A stretch of 14,317 bases of DNA from Acaryochloridaceae cyanobacterium VAR_48_metabat_390. GTDB lineage: Bacteria; Cyanobacteriota; Cyanobacteriia; Thermosynechococcales; Thermosynechococcaceae. Shown here one piece after another: positions 1 to 6,530 of the stretch. The position numbers and the translations under genes were made by a program. The stretch covers positions 1-14,317 of the forward strand of contig JANPLU010000103.1 of NCBI GenBank assembly GCA_031422435.1. The letters run 5' to 3'. How positions within the stretch are numbered: the stretch's first letter is position 1; every line of letters begins with the position of its first letter. The notes under the pieces were generated by a model. The model did not search any database. It saw only the letters and a program-made list of their open reading frames with translations, and was not told the DNA's origin.

Positions 1-119
1 TGCTGATGCGCCTCGCTTTTGGTGCAGGGCTATGTCGTTTTGGAATGTTTCGTGCGGTTCGCGCTTCTTCGCGTATACCTTCACAAGCGACTGATTCAGC
101 TAAAGCGCTCCAGCTTTAA
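1..119 (+). CDS. 3' end of SAM-dependent methyltransferase, probably MPBQ/MSBQ methyltransferase (Sll0418-like); partial
   Basis: Not in the ORF track. Frame from position 3 reads LMRLAFGAGLCRFGMFRAVRASSRIPSQATDSAKALQL* (TAA 117-119). LMRLAFGxGLCRFGMF matches my recollection of the C-terminus of this cyanobacterial family. Confidence 0.75.
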   Translation, partial: LMRLAFGAGLCRFGMFRAVRASSRIPSQATDSAKALQL

Positions 120-147
120 AGACGGTAAAACAAAGTTACTAGCAGGG

Positions 148-174
148 GTTGGGTTTCGGCTTCGCTCAACCCAC
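148..174 (-). repeat. REP-like short palindrome
   Basis: Minus strand reads GTGGGTTGAGCGAAGCCGAAACCCAAC with a TGGGTT/AACCCA stem; related to the copy at 2699-2728. Confidence 0.65.
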
Positions 175-258
175 GCCAATACGGGATTTGAGCTGTGGTG
201 TAGACACAAATATTAAAGTTTCCATACTGTAAAGGTTTTTGCCATAAACCGATTCATC

Positions 259-374
259 AATCCCCGCTCGGGAGGGGCAAGGGTGGGTTAGTCAGTAGCG
301 CCATGACGAACCCACCCCGCCCTACGGGCACCCCTCCGTTGGCGTAGCCTCTCCGTAAGGAGATGAAGGGGATT
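259..374. repeat. Composite palindromic intergenic repeat with a nested small dispersed repeat (SDR-like)
   Basis: Paired arms: AATCCCC 259-265/GGGGATT 368-374, GGAGGGG 271-277/CCCCTCC 331-337, GGGTGGGTT 281-289/AACCCACCC 309-317, GTCA 291-294/TGAC 304-307. Extra hairpins GCCC-TAC-GGGC 319-329 and TCTCC-GTAA-GGAGA 350-363. Confidence 0.7.
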
Positions 375-428
375 TTTCTTGGAATTGTGTGTACATGCTA
401 GATCTTTAACCCTGAGGAATGAACTCCA

Positions 429-1295
429 ATGCTAGATGAATTACTGGTACTAGCACGGTCGGCTGGGTGGGGCGCAGCAGACGTTTTGCGCCGCTACTAT
501 CGCGGTGAATTTGATTTAGATATTCAGAAAGCCCATAGCGATCCGGTTACAGCAGCGGATTTGGCAGCGAACCAATACATTTTGGATTGCCTTCAGAGTG
601 AGTTGGGTCACGACCAATTTGGCTATCTCAGTGAAGAGACTTTTCAGGCTGGGGTAACGCCTTACCCTCAGCGATACATTTGGATTATTGACCCTCTAGA
701 CGGCACCCGCGATTTTATCCAGAAGACGGGGGAATACGCTGTTCATATTGCGCTAACTCAGGCGGGTCGCCCGATCTTGTCGGTGGTGGTGTGGCCGGAG
801 CAGGACATTCTTTACTATGCAACAGTGGGTGGCGGCACCTATGCAGAGCATCGCAGCGGTGAAATACGTCGGCTTAAGGTGAAGGAGCGTAGTCGCCCTG
901 AAGACATGCGCCTAGTCATCAGCCGCAGCCATCGGGATGAACGGTTTGATGCTTTACTGAAGCGTCTGCCCCAGAAAGAACAGACGTTTGTGGGCAGCGT
1001 AGGCTGTAAAGTTGCCACCATTTTGGAGCATCGCGCAGAGCTATATCTTTCGCTCACGACAAAGTCTGCCCCCAAGGATTGGGATTTGGCAGCACCAGAG
1101 CTGATCTTGACTGAGGCAGGCGGTCGCTTGACGCACTTTGACCTCACGCCGCTGGAGTACAACCGAGCAGATGTGGCACAGTGGGGCGGCTTTTTAGCCA
1201 GTAGTGGGCAGAATCATGAGGAGCTTTGTCGGCTCATTTCCCAAATTTTAAAGGATCTAGATTCGGAAGCCGCTGAAAGTAAGCCTATTGAGTAG
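429..1295 (+). CDS. cysQ: 3'(2'),5'-bisphosphate nucleotidase CysQ (inositol monophosphatase family)
   Basis: Motifs DPVTAAD, LSEE, WIIDPLDGTRDF, VGSVGCK and KDWDLAA; 288 aa. Confidence 0.88.
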   Translation: MLDELLVLARSAGWGAADVLRRYYRGEFDLDIQKAHSDPVTAADLAANQYILDCLQSELGHDQFGYLSEETFQAGVTPYPQRYIWIIDPLDGTRDFIQKTGEYAVHIALTQAGRPILSVVVWPEQDILYYATVGGGTYAEHRSGEIRRLKVKERSRPEDMRLVISRSHRDERFDALLKRLPQKEQTFVGSVGCKVATILEHRAELYLSLTTKSAPKDWDLAAPELILTEAGGRLTHFDLTPLEYNRADVAQWGGFLASSGQNHEELCRLISQILKDLDSEAAESKPIE

Positions 1296-1393
1296 TTAGA
1301 CCGCTGCGAACGTTTGAAGATACAGTTGGCATCCTTATGTTGACCATGCCACTATTGAAATGAAATGTCTTCTTACAGCGAAAAGCTATAAAT

Positions 1394-1708
1394 ATGAAAA
1401 AATCTACTGCTGTTGGTGCCGCAGGTTCAGCGGCAACAGCTTTTGTAGCTGCTAACACAGCTTCAGCCGTAATCGGCGGGTCTGCTGCAACTATCATGTC
1501 TGCAACTGCAGGCACTACAGGCGCAGCCTTAGCATCCGCTGTCGGTGCTTCTGGTCTCGCTGGTGGGGCGGCAATATCATCTGGAATGGCAGCAGTTGGT
1601 TCTGTTGTTGGTAGCGGAATGGCCGCTGGAGCGATAATTACAGCAGCAGCACCAGTTGCTGTTTTTGCAGCTATTGGATACGGGCTAGTCAAGCTATTTG
1701 AAGACTAA
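1394..1708 (+). CDS. Small Gly/Ala-rich hydrophobic (glycine-zipper-like) membrane protein, function unknown
   Basis: 104 aa, ATG start, charged residues only at the termini (MKK...KLFED), repeated small-xxx-small motifs. Confidence 0.75.
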   Translation: MKKSTAVGAAGSAATAFVAANTASAVIGGSAATIMSATAGTTGAALASAVGASGLAGGAAISSGMAAVGSVVGSGMAAGAIITAAAPVAVFAAIGYGLVKLFED

Positions 1709-1744
1709 TAATAAAAAATCTTTCAATCGGACACCTTAAGAGCC

Positions 1745-1767
1745 ATGCTTTTGGGGCATCTTTTTTT
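1745..1767 (+). terminator. Possible weak intrinsic terminator
   Basis: ATGC-TTTTGGG-GCAT hairpin (extendable by G-U pairs) followed by C and a 7-T run at 1761-1767. Confidence 0.3.
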
Positions 1768-1885
1768 GGTTTGATATTAAAGTTTTAATGGTTTAGTTGA
1801 CTGGGTCGTCGCGGTTCATCCAGTAGACCAGAATGTCAGCGCTGTCGTTTGAAGAGAATTAGGTTGTGGGCGATCACGCACCCTT

Positions 1886-1974
1886 TTCTAACTGTTCATT
1901 GGAGCAGAACAGGGCATAATGCCCTATCTTTGCCTCACCTACAAGTCCGTCCGCTAATACGCAAGCCGTTAGGC
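1886..1974 (+). other. attC-like recombination site (imperfect)
   Basis: TTCTAAC (R''-like) + 5-bp spacer TGTTC + ATTGGAGC (L''-like) ... GCTAAT (L'-like) ACGCAAGCC GTTAGGC (R', GTTRRRY); 89 bp. CTAAC pairs with GTTAG. The L'-R' spacer is longer than canonical. Confidence 0.6.
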
Positions 1975-2033
1975 AGAGCTGATCCAAAAAAGATAGCTCT
2001 AAATTCATTATTTAAAACTCTCCTGAAATTTAT

Positions 2034-2065
2034 AAAAATAGACCCTGCATTTCGATACAGGATCT
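2034..2065 (-). terminator. Intrinsic terminator of the minus-strand gene 2091-2546
   Basis: Minus strand AGATCCTGTAT-CGAA-ATGCAGGGTCT gives an 11-bp stem (2 G-U pairs) followed by ATTTTT, 25 nt after the stop codon. Confidence 0.55.
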
Positions 2066-2090
2066 TATCAGATTTATATTCCGCTACTCG

Positions 2091-2546
2091 TTAGGCAGCG
2101 GATGCTGGAAAAAAGTGACGTAAGGGCTGCAACTGTTCTTTTATTGCAACAATACTTTGATCAAGATCCGAAACATCTTGATTCAGTTTTTCAATCTGCT
2201 GCACTTTTGCAGCTCGTTCTTCTTCTGTACATTTCAACTGTTTGCGCATTGCAGCAATGTTGCGCGCAATTGCCACCTCATCAATTTCATATTCTTCAAC
2301 GCTTAGATCCTGTGTAGAGTCCATTAATACGTTGAAATCCGAACGAAAATAACAGCCCGTGGCCTGATCTAATATCAAATAGCCACGCTCCTGATTTATC
2401 GATGTGTAAATCAAGTTAGAAACTGTATCCACAGGCAAGCCTTCCGCAAGGCTATAAATTTCTTCTGTACTATATGAACGATTTGGCTGTAGGCGATTCC
2501 ACAAATCGAGCATATAGCCTTTTCGAGTAGGCTTTGGGTAGTTCAT
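2091..2546 (-). CDS. Hypothetical protein; possible N-terminal winged-helix-like domain and C-terminal coiled coil
   Basis: 151 aa, ATG start, terminator downstream; heptad pattern in IAAMRKQLKCTEEERAAKVQQIEKLNQDVSDLDQSIVAIKEQL. Confidence 0.7.
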   Translation of the reverse strand: MNYPKPTRKGYMLDLWNRLQPNRSYSTEEIYSLAEGLPVDTVSNLIYTSINQERGYLILDQATGCYFRSDFNVLMDSTQDLSVEEYEIDEVAIARNIAAMRKQLKCTEEERAAKVQQIEKLNQDVSDLDQSIVAIKEQLQPLRHFFPASAA

Positions 2547-2698
2547 AAGGGTGCTTTAAATTCATTACTACGCTCAGTATAAACGTCACAATTTTTAGTG
2601 TCAAGCTTAATACCGGATTTATTAGAGTACTTCGTAGGTAGCTTAACAAGCTTTGTACGAGCGCTTGCTAGGGTGACTTTAGTAAGTAACCGAGTAGC

Positions 2699-2728
2699 GT
2701 AGGTTGGGTTGAGGAACGAAACCCATAC
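2699..2728 (+). repeat. GTAG-type REP-like palindrome
   Basis: GTAG followed by GTTGGGTT-GAGGAACG-AAACCCATAC: a GTAG tetranucleotide directly before an imperfect hairpin, as in REP sequences. Confidence 0.7.
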
Positions 2729-2807
2729 ATAAGCCAATTCAAATCAACACTCTCAAAGTTGAGTCGAAGCTACAATATGAGCAGGATTCAGAGTTCTGTG
2801 AGAATCT

Positions 2808-3038
2808 ATGCAATCAATTGAGCAACTGACAAAAGAAATCCTGTCTCTACCCAGCGTATCAAGGGCACTCCTGGCAGAAAAGTTAGTAGAGAGCTTGGAA
2901 TTTGACACCGATTCAACCCTTCAGGCAACTTGGGTCACTGAAGCCAAACAACGCAGAGATGAGATTCGTAATGGTACGATAACACCGATTTCTGGAGAAG
3001 AAGCTTTGGCTCAAGTGAGGCAACTGCTTGAGCAATGA
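2808..3038 (+). CDS. Addiction module antitoxin (putative addiction module component, TIGR02574-like)
   Basis: 76 aa with the LSLPxxxRAxLAEKLVESL and WxxEAxxRRDEI patterns; ATGA overlap with the downstream toxin. Confidence 0.88.
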   Translation: MQSIEQLTKEILSLPSVSRALLAEKLVESLEFDTDSTLQATWVTEAKQRRDEIRNGTITPISGEEALAQVRQLLEQ

Positions 3039-3325
3039 AGTATGTCTTCCATCCTAAAGCCCTCACTGAATATGCTGAGGCGGTTCAATACTATGCAGGG
3101 CAGCGAACTGAAATAGCGCAAGTTTTCATCAATTCTGTCGAGGATGCAGTTTATCGAATTCGAGAATCTCCTAAACGTTATGCTGCGATTGATGAAGAGG
3201 TTCGACGATGCATGACACGCAAGTTTCCTTACGGAGTCCTCTACACAATTGAACAAGACCATATTCTCATTCTGGCGGTCATGCATTGCAGCCAAGAACC
3301 AGGATACTGGAAGAATCGCATGTGA
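3035..3325 (+). CDS. Type II toxin, RelE/ParE family
   Basis: 96 aa; FHPxAxxEYxEAVxYY, RRCxxxKFPYGVLY and ILILAVMHxSxEPGYWK motifs; coupled to the antitoxin. Confidence 0.9.
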   Translation: MKYVFHPKALTEYAEAVQYYAGQRTEIAQVFINSVEDAVYRIRESPKRYAAIDEEVRRCMTRKFPYGVLYTIEQDHILILAVMHCSQEPGYWKNRM

Positions 3326-3394
3326 TGGAAAGCTTCCAGCCGCCCGATTTCCATCATTAGTGCAAAGCATAACCCCGAAGGAATCATACTCTGA
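3324..3394 (+). pseudogene. Probable 3' remnant of the gene normally coupled upstream of 3394-3783
   Basis: Reads DGKLPA from 3324, then in another frame SRPISIISAKHNPEGIIL* (3338-3394). The TGA overlaps the next ATG (TGATG 3392-3396). Confidence 0.45.
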
Positions 3395-3783
3395 TGAGCC
3401 AGATTCAAATGCTCCATCAACAAGCAATGGATTTAGCCGAAACCGCAGCAGTCACCCGATTAAGAGGCGCGACCGAACAGGCTGCACAATTGACGCGACA
3501 AGCCTTTGAACAAGAAGCCCAAGCCGCCGCCCTAATCGCCAGCACCCTTGATGCCGAACCCACTCGTTCTATCCTCCACCGTAGCGCAGCATCTCTCGCG
3601 ATCGAATGTGGTGAATTCCGAGCCGCAGAACGCCTGATCACAACCGCATTATCTGGCAATCCACCCCCAGAAATTGCTGAAGAACTCAAAGATTTATTCA
3701 TCCAGATTAACTTAAGCCAATATCTGAAGCGTCAAGGCATCCACATTGATGTTAACGAACTGCAAGGATTGGCAAGTCAATAG
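3394..3783 (+). CDS. Conserved hypothetical all-helical (TPR-like) protein
   Basis: 129 aa with LHxxAMDLAE, EPTRSILHRSAASLA and PPPEIAEELKDL, which I recall as an uncharacterised bacterial family. Confidence 0.8.
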   Translation: MSQIQMLHQQAMDLAETAAVTRLRGATEQAAQLTRQAFEQEAQAAALIASTLDAEPTRSILHRSAASLAIECGEFRAAERLITTALSGNPPPEIAEELKDLFIQINLSQYLKRQGIHIDVNELQGLASQ

Positions 3784-3800
3784 TGTTCTTTGGTGGCACA

Positions 3801-3840
3801 GTCTAACAACCCCAATGCAGCGGAGGCATAACACGCAAGC
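3801..3840 (+). other. Collapsed/truncated attC-like site
   Basis: GTCTAAC (perfect RYYYAAC) 17 nt after the stop codon, then AACCCCAATGCAGCGGA, then TAACACGCAAGC (3829-3840), which matches TAATACGCAAGC (1955-1966) at 11/12. No intact GTTRRRY follows. Confidence 0.55.
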
Positions 3841-3844
3841 TCCC

Positions 3845-5065
3845 TTAAGAATTGCTGCAAAACTTTTCCACACAGCGCACAAATAATTCAACGCCCGTCC
3901 CTAGCGCCGTCTCATCAAAATCGAAGCGGGGGTGATGGTGAGGGTAAGCCAAGCCTAAGCTTTCATTAGCAGAACCCAAAAAGAAATAGCATCCGGGTAC
4001 CTGCTGCAAAAAGTAAGACATATCTTCGCCACCCATTGTCTGACAGTCTGGCACTACCCCAGCGGCAGGCTCTACCACCGTCTCAGCCACAGAACGCACT
4101 AGAGCGGCGATCGCCCCGTCATTCACTACCGCCGGATATAGCTTGCGATAGTCCAGTTTGTAGGTTGCGCCGTGGCTTTGGCAAACTCCTGCAATCACCT
4201 GCTCCACCCGTTGGGGAATAAGTGCCGCCAACGCAGGGTTGAAATAGCGAACCGTCCCCGAAAGCTCAGCCGTATCTGCAATTACATTATGGGTACGCCC
4301 CGCATGGAAAGAGCCAACCGTCACCACCGCCGCATCTAAGGGGTTTACGTTTCGCGCCACAATGATCTGGAGCGCCGTCACAATTTGAGACGCCACCACA
4401 ATCGAATCAATGGTCTGCTGTGGGATGGCACCATGTCCACCCTTGCCCTGAATTTCACAGTCAAATAGCTCAACCGCCGCCATTAGCGGTCCACTGCGTA
4501 CCCCAACAGTACCCAAAGGCAAATTATTCCAAAGGTGCAGCCCAATAATGGCATCCACATCAGGGTTACGCAGCACACCCGCTGCAATCATGGGCGCGGC
4601 TCCCCCTGGCCCTTCTTCAGCAGGCTGAAAGATGATCTTGACCGTGCCCCGAAAGCTCTGGGGATGCTGAGACAAATAGTAGGCCGTAGCCAGGGCGATC
4701 GCCGTATGTCCATCATGTCCACAGGCGTGCATTTTGCCCTCATGTTTAGAGCGGTAAGGCACCTCGTTCGCTTCTAAAATAGGTAGCGCGTCCATGTCAG
4801 CACGAATGGCTAAGCATCGCCCTGGTGCTGCACCCGTAATGGTCGCCACAATGCCCGTCTGGGCAACCCCCATTTGGTGAGCAATTCCCCACGCCTTCAG
4901 ACGCTCATGTACAAACGCAGCCGTCAAATGCTCCCGAAACCCAAGCTCTGGATACTGATGGAGCCGCCGTCGCCATGCCACCAAGTCTGGCTGAAGCGCT
5001 TGAATTTCCGCACGTATGGGTAATTGCGCCGCCGCTGCGCTAAGGGAAAGTGGAGTTGCAACCAT
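3845..5065 (-). CDS. M20 family amidohydrolase (N-acyl-L-amino acid amidohydrolase-like)
   Basis: Motifs LHQYPELGFRE, IRADMDALP, MHACGHDGH, FQPAEEG, GEDM and HHHPRFDFDE. ATG at 5065 preferred over TTG at 5074. Confidence 0.92.
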   Translation of the reverse strand: MVATPLSLSAAAAQLPIRAEIQALQPDLVAWRRRLHQYPELGFREHLTAAFVHERLKAWGIAHQMGVAQTGIVATITGAAPGRCLAIRADMDALPILEANEVPYRSKHEGKMHACGHDGHTAIALATAYYLSQHPQSFRGTVKIIFQPAEEGPGGAAPMIAAGVLRNPDVDAIIGLHLWNNLPLGTVGVRSGPLMAAVELFDCEIQGKGGHGAIPQQTIDSIVVASQIVTALQIIVARNVNPLDAAVVTVGSFHAGRTHNVIADTAELSGTVRYFNPALAALIPQRVEQVIAGVCQSHGATYKLDYRKLYPAVVNDGAIAALVRSVAETVVEPAAGVVPDCQTMGGEDMSYFLQQVPGCYFFLGSANESLGLAYPHHHPRFDFDETALGTGVELFVRCVEKFCSNS

Positions 5066-5146
5066 GACTGTCAAAACCCTTCGGGCTTTGTCTACAAAAC
5101 GAAGTACTCTCCATAATAAGAGAATCCCCGCTTAAAACAGGTGGCT

Positions 5147-5995
5147 CTAAAACTTAACCACGCCTGTAAACACTTTTTGAGCAGGCCCTGTCATAAACAC
5201 AGCCTGATCCAATGCAGACCACTCAATATAAAGCGGACCACCGGGTAGCTCTACCGTTGCGGCATTAGCGCAGTTCCCTGTCAGCACACCAGCAACCAAA
5301 GAAGCACAGGCTCCAGTTCCACAGGCTAAGGTTATCCCTGCCCCGCGTTCCCAAACCCGCATTTTGAGATAGTCGGGGCGCACCACCTCAATAAATTCTG
5401 TATTGGTGCGCTGCGGGAAGGCGGTGTGATGCTCAAATAGCGGGCCGATTTGTTCTAGGGCGATCGCCGTCACATCCTCTACAAACGTAATGCAGTGGGG
5501 GTTGCCCATACTCACACAGGTGACAGACCAGGTTTGCCCTGCAACATCGACTGGAATGTTGACGACTTTTTCCTTGGGCGCAGCTAACGTCGTCGGAATC
5601 TCCAGCGCCAGTAGACGCGGAGAACCCATGTTGACTCGGATCTGACCGTCGGGCTGAACCTCCGGCGTAATAAGTCCTGCCAGGGTATGGATGGTGTAGG
5701 TGTGACCCTCCGCAGCAGATTTTCCCTCTAGGTCGGCAATAAACCGCGCCAGACAGCGAATGCCGTTGCCGCACATTTCCGGTTCAGAGCCATCGGAGTT
5801 GTAGATTCGCATGGTGTAGTCTGCCCCAGATTCACCTGGCAGCAGAAAAATAACGCCATCTGCACCAATCCCAAAATGGCGATCACAGACCTGCTCTGCC
5901 TGCTGTGGCGTCAGTCGCGGTTCGGCTTGCCCTCGGTTATCCACCAAAATGAAATCGTTACCCAACCCTTGGTACTTCGTAAATTCGATCTGCAT
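5147..5995 (-). CDS. dapF: Diaminopimelate epimerase
   Basis: [24 protein letters not shown] and [15 protein letters not shown], including both catalytic cysteines. Confidence 0.97.
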   Translation of the reverse strand: MQIEFTKYQGLGNDFILVDNRGQAEPRLTPQQAEQVCDRHFGIGADGVIFLLPGESGADYTMRIYNSDGSEPEMCGNGIRCLARFIADLEGKSAAEGHTYTIHTLAGLITPEVQPDGQIRVNMGSPRLLALEIPTTLAAPKEKVVNIPVDVAGQTWSVTCVSMGNPHCITFVEDVTAIALEQIGPLFEHHTAFPQRTNTEFIEVVRPDYLKMRVWERGAGITLACGTGACASLVAGVLTGNCANAATVELPGGPLYIEWSALDQAVFMTGPAQKVFTGVVKF

Positions 5996-6157
5996 AACCT
6001 GGGATAACTCTAAAACTTCATGGCTTAGCGGGAAGGTCAGAACTTTAGCGTTATCTTTAAAGTCCTGAGCATTCTGTACACTAATAATAATTTACTATTT
6101 TTGCCTGTCTTCTTCTTGCCCGTCTCAATCGTGTTCTTAACGTGAGCCTCATTGACT

Positions 6158-6373
6158 ATGACTGCCGAACTTGAAACCGGACTCCCCAGCTTTCGTCAGC
6201 TTCAAAAATTAATTCAGACGGGTGGTGAAGTTGAACTTAAGCTCGTAACCAACGATCTCCTCGTGGGTAAAGTCCGTTGGCAAGACGACCTGTGCATTTG
6301 CTTAATGGACCACTACGATCAGCAAACCATCGTTTGGAAACAGGCGATCGCATTTCTAAAGCCTAAAGCATAG
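6158..6373 (+). CDS. hfq: Cyanobacterial Hfq (Sm-like protein)
   Basis: TGLPSFRQLQ...VELKLVTNDLLVGKVRWQD...IVWKQAIAFLKP; divergent from dapF as is usual in cyanobacteria; ATG at 6158. Confidence 0.9.
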   Translation: MTAELETGLPSFRQLQKLIQTGGEVELKLVTNDLLVGKVRWQDDLCICLMDHYDQQTIVWKQAIAFLKPKA

Positions 6374-6530
6374 CCGTATTCATCAATACAGCATTGTGGG
6401 GCAACAGCAGCCACACAAAAGTCATAAGACTAAAGCCCAGCTTACCCCGTTAGGCTCGACGTGTAGGGACACATCACCTGATCTGAATGCTTGTGATACA
6501 GTACCTAAAACAAGGCATTAACTCTAACTT

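Larger units (their letters stand above)
1295..3847 (+). mobile_element. Degenerate integron-like gene cassette array without integrase (CALIN-like accessory block)
   Basis: GTTAGAC 1295-1301; degenerate attC left half 1709-1732; attC-like site 1886-1974; GTTAGGC 2090-2096; attC-like site 3801-3840. Short unrelated ORFs including a TA pair, AT-rich spacers and no perfect HIP1 site. Confidence 0.55.

Noticed and set aside
19..216. 65-aa ORF in the track
   Set aside because: It overlaps the methyltransferase 3' end in another frame and runs through a REP-like repeat.
1285..1692. 135-aa Ala/Pro-rich minus-strand ORF
   Set aside because: Antisense shadow of the GCN/GGN-rich gene 1394-1708; the plus-strand product is the more coherent protein.
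1849..2094. 81-aa ORF with TTG start
   Set aside because: It spans attC-like sites and hairpins and has no recognisable protein features.
2543..2737. 64-aa minus-strand ORF upstream of the orphan gene
   Set aside because: Non-ATG start, crosses the REP palindrome and probable promoter region; not supportable, although a 4-bp overlap with the next gene means it cannot be fully excluded.
3323..3362. Hairpin after the toxin read as an attC right half or a terminator
   Set aside because: No GTTRRRY, no upstream RYYYAAC and no U-tract; better explained as a coding remnant.
1295..3847. Complete integron, IS element, prophage or CRISPR array
   Set aside because: No tyrosine recombinase, transposase, phage gene, cas gene or regularly spaced identical repeats in the window.
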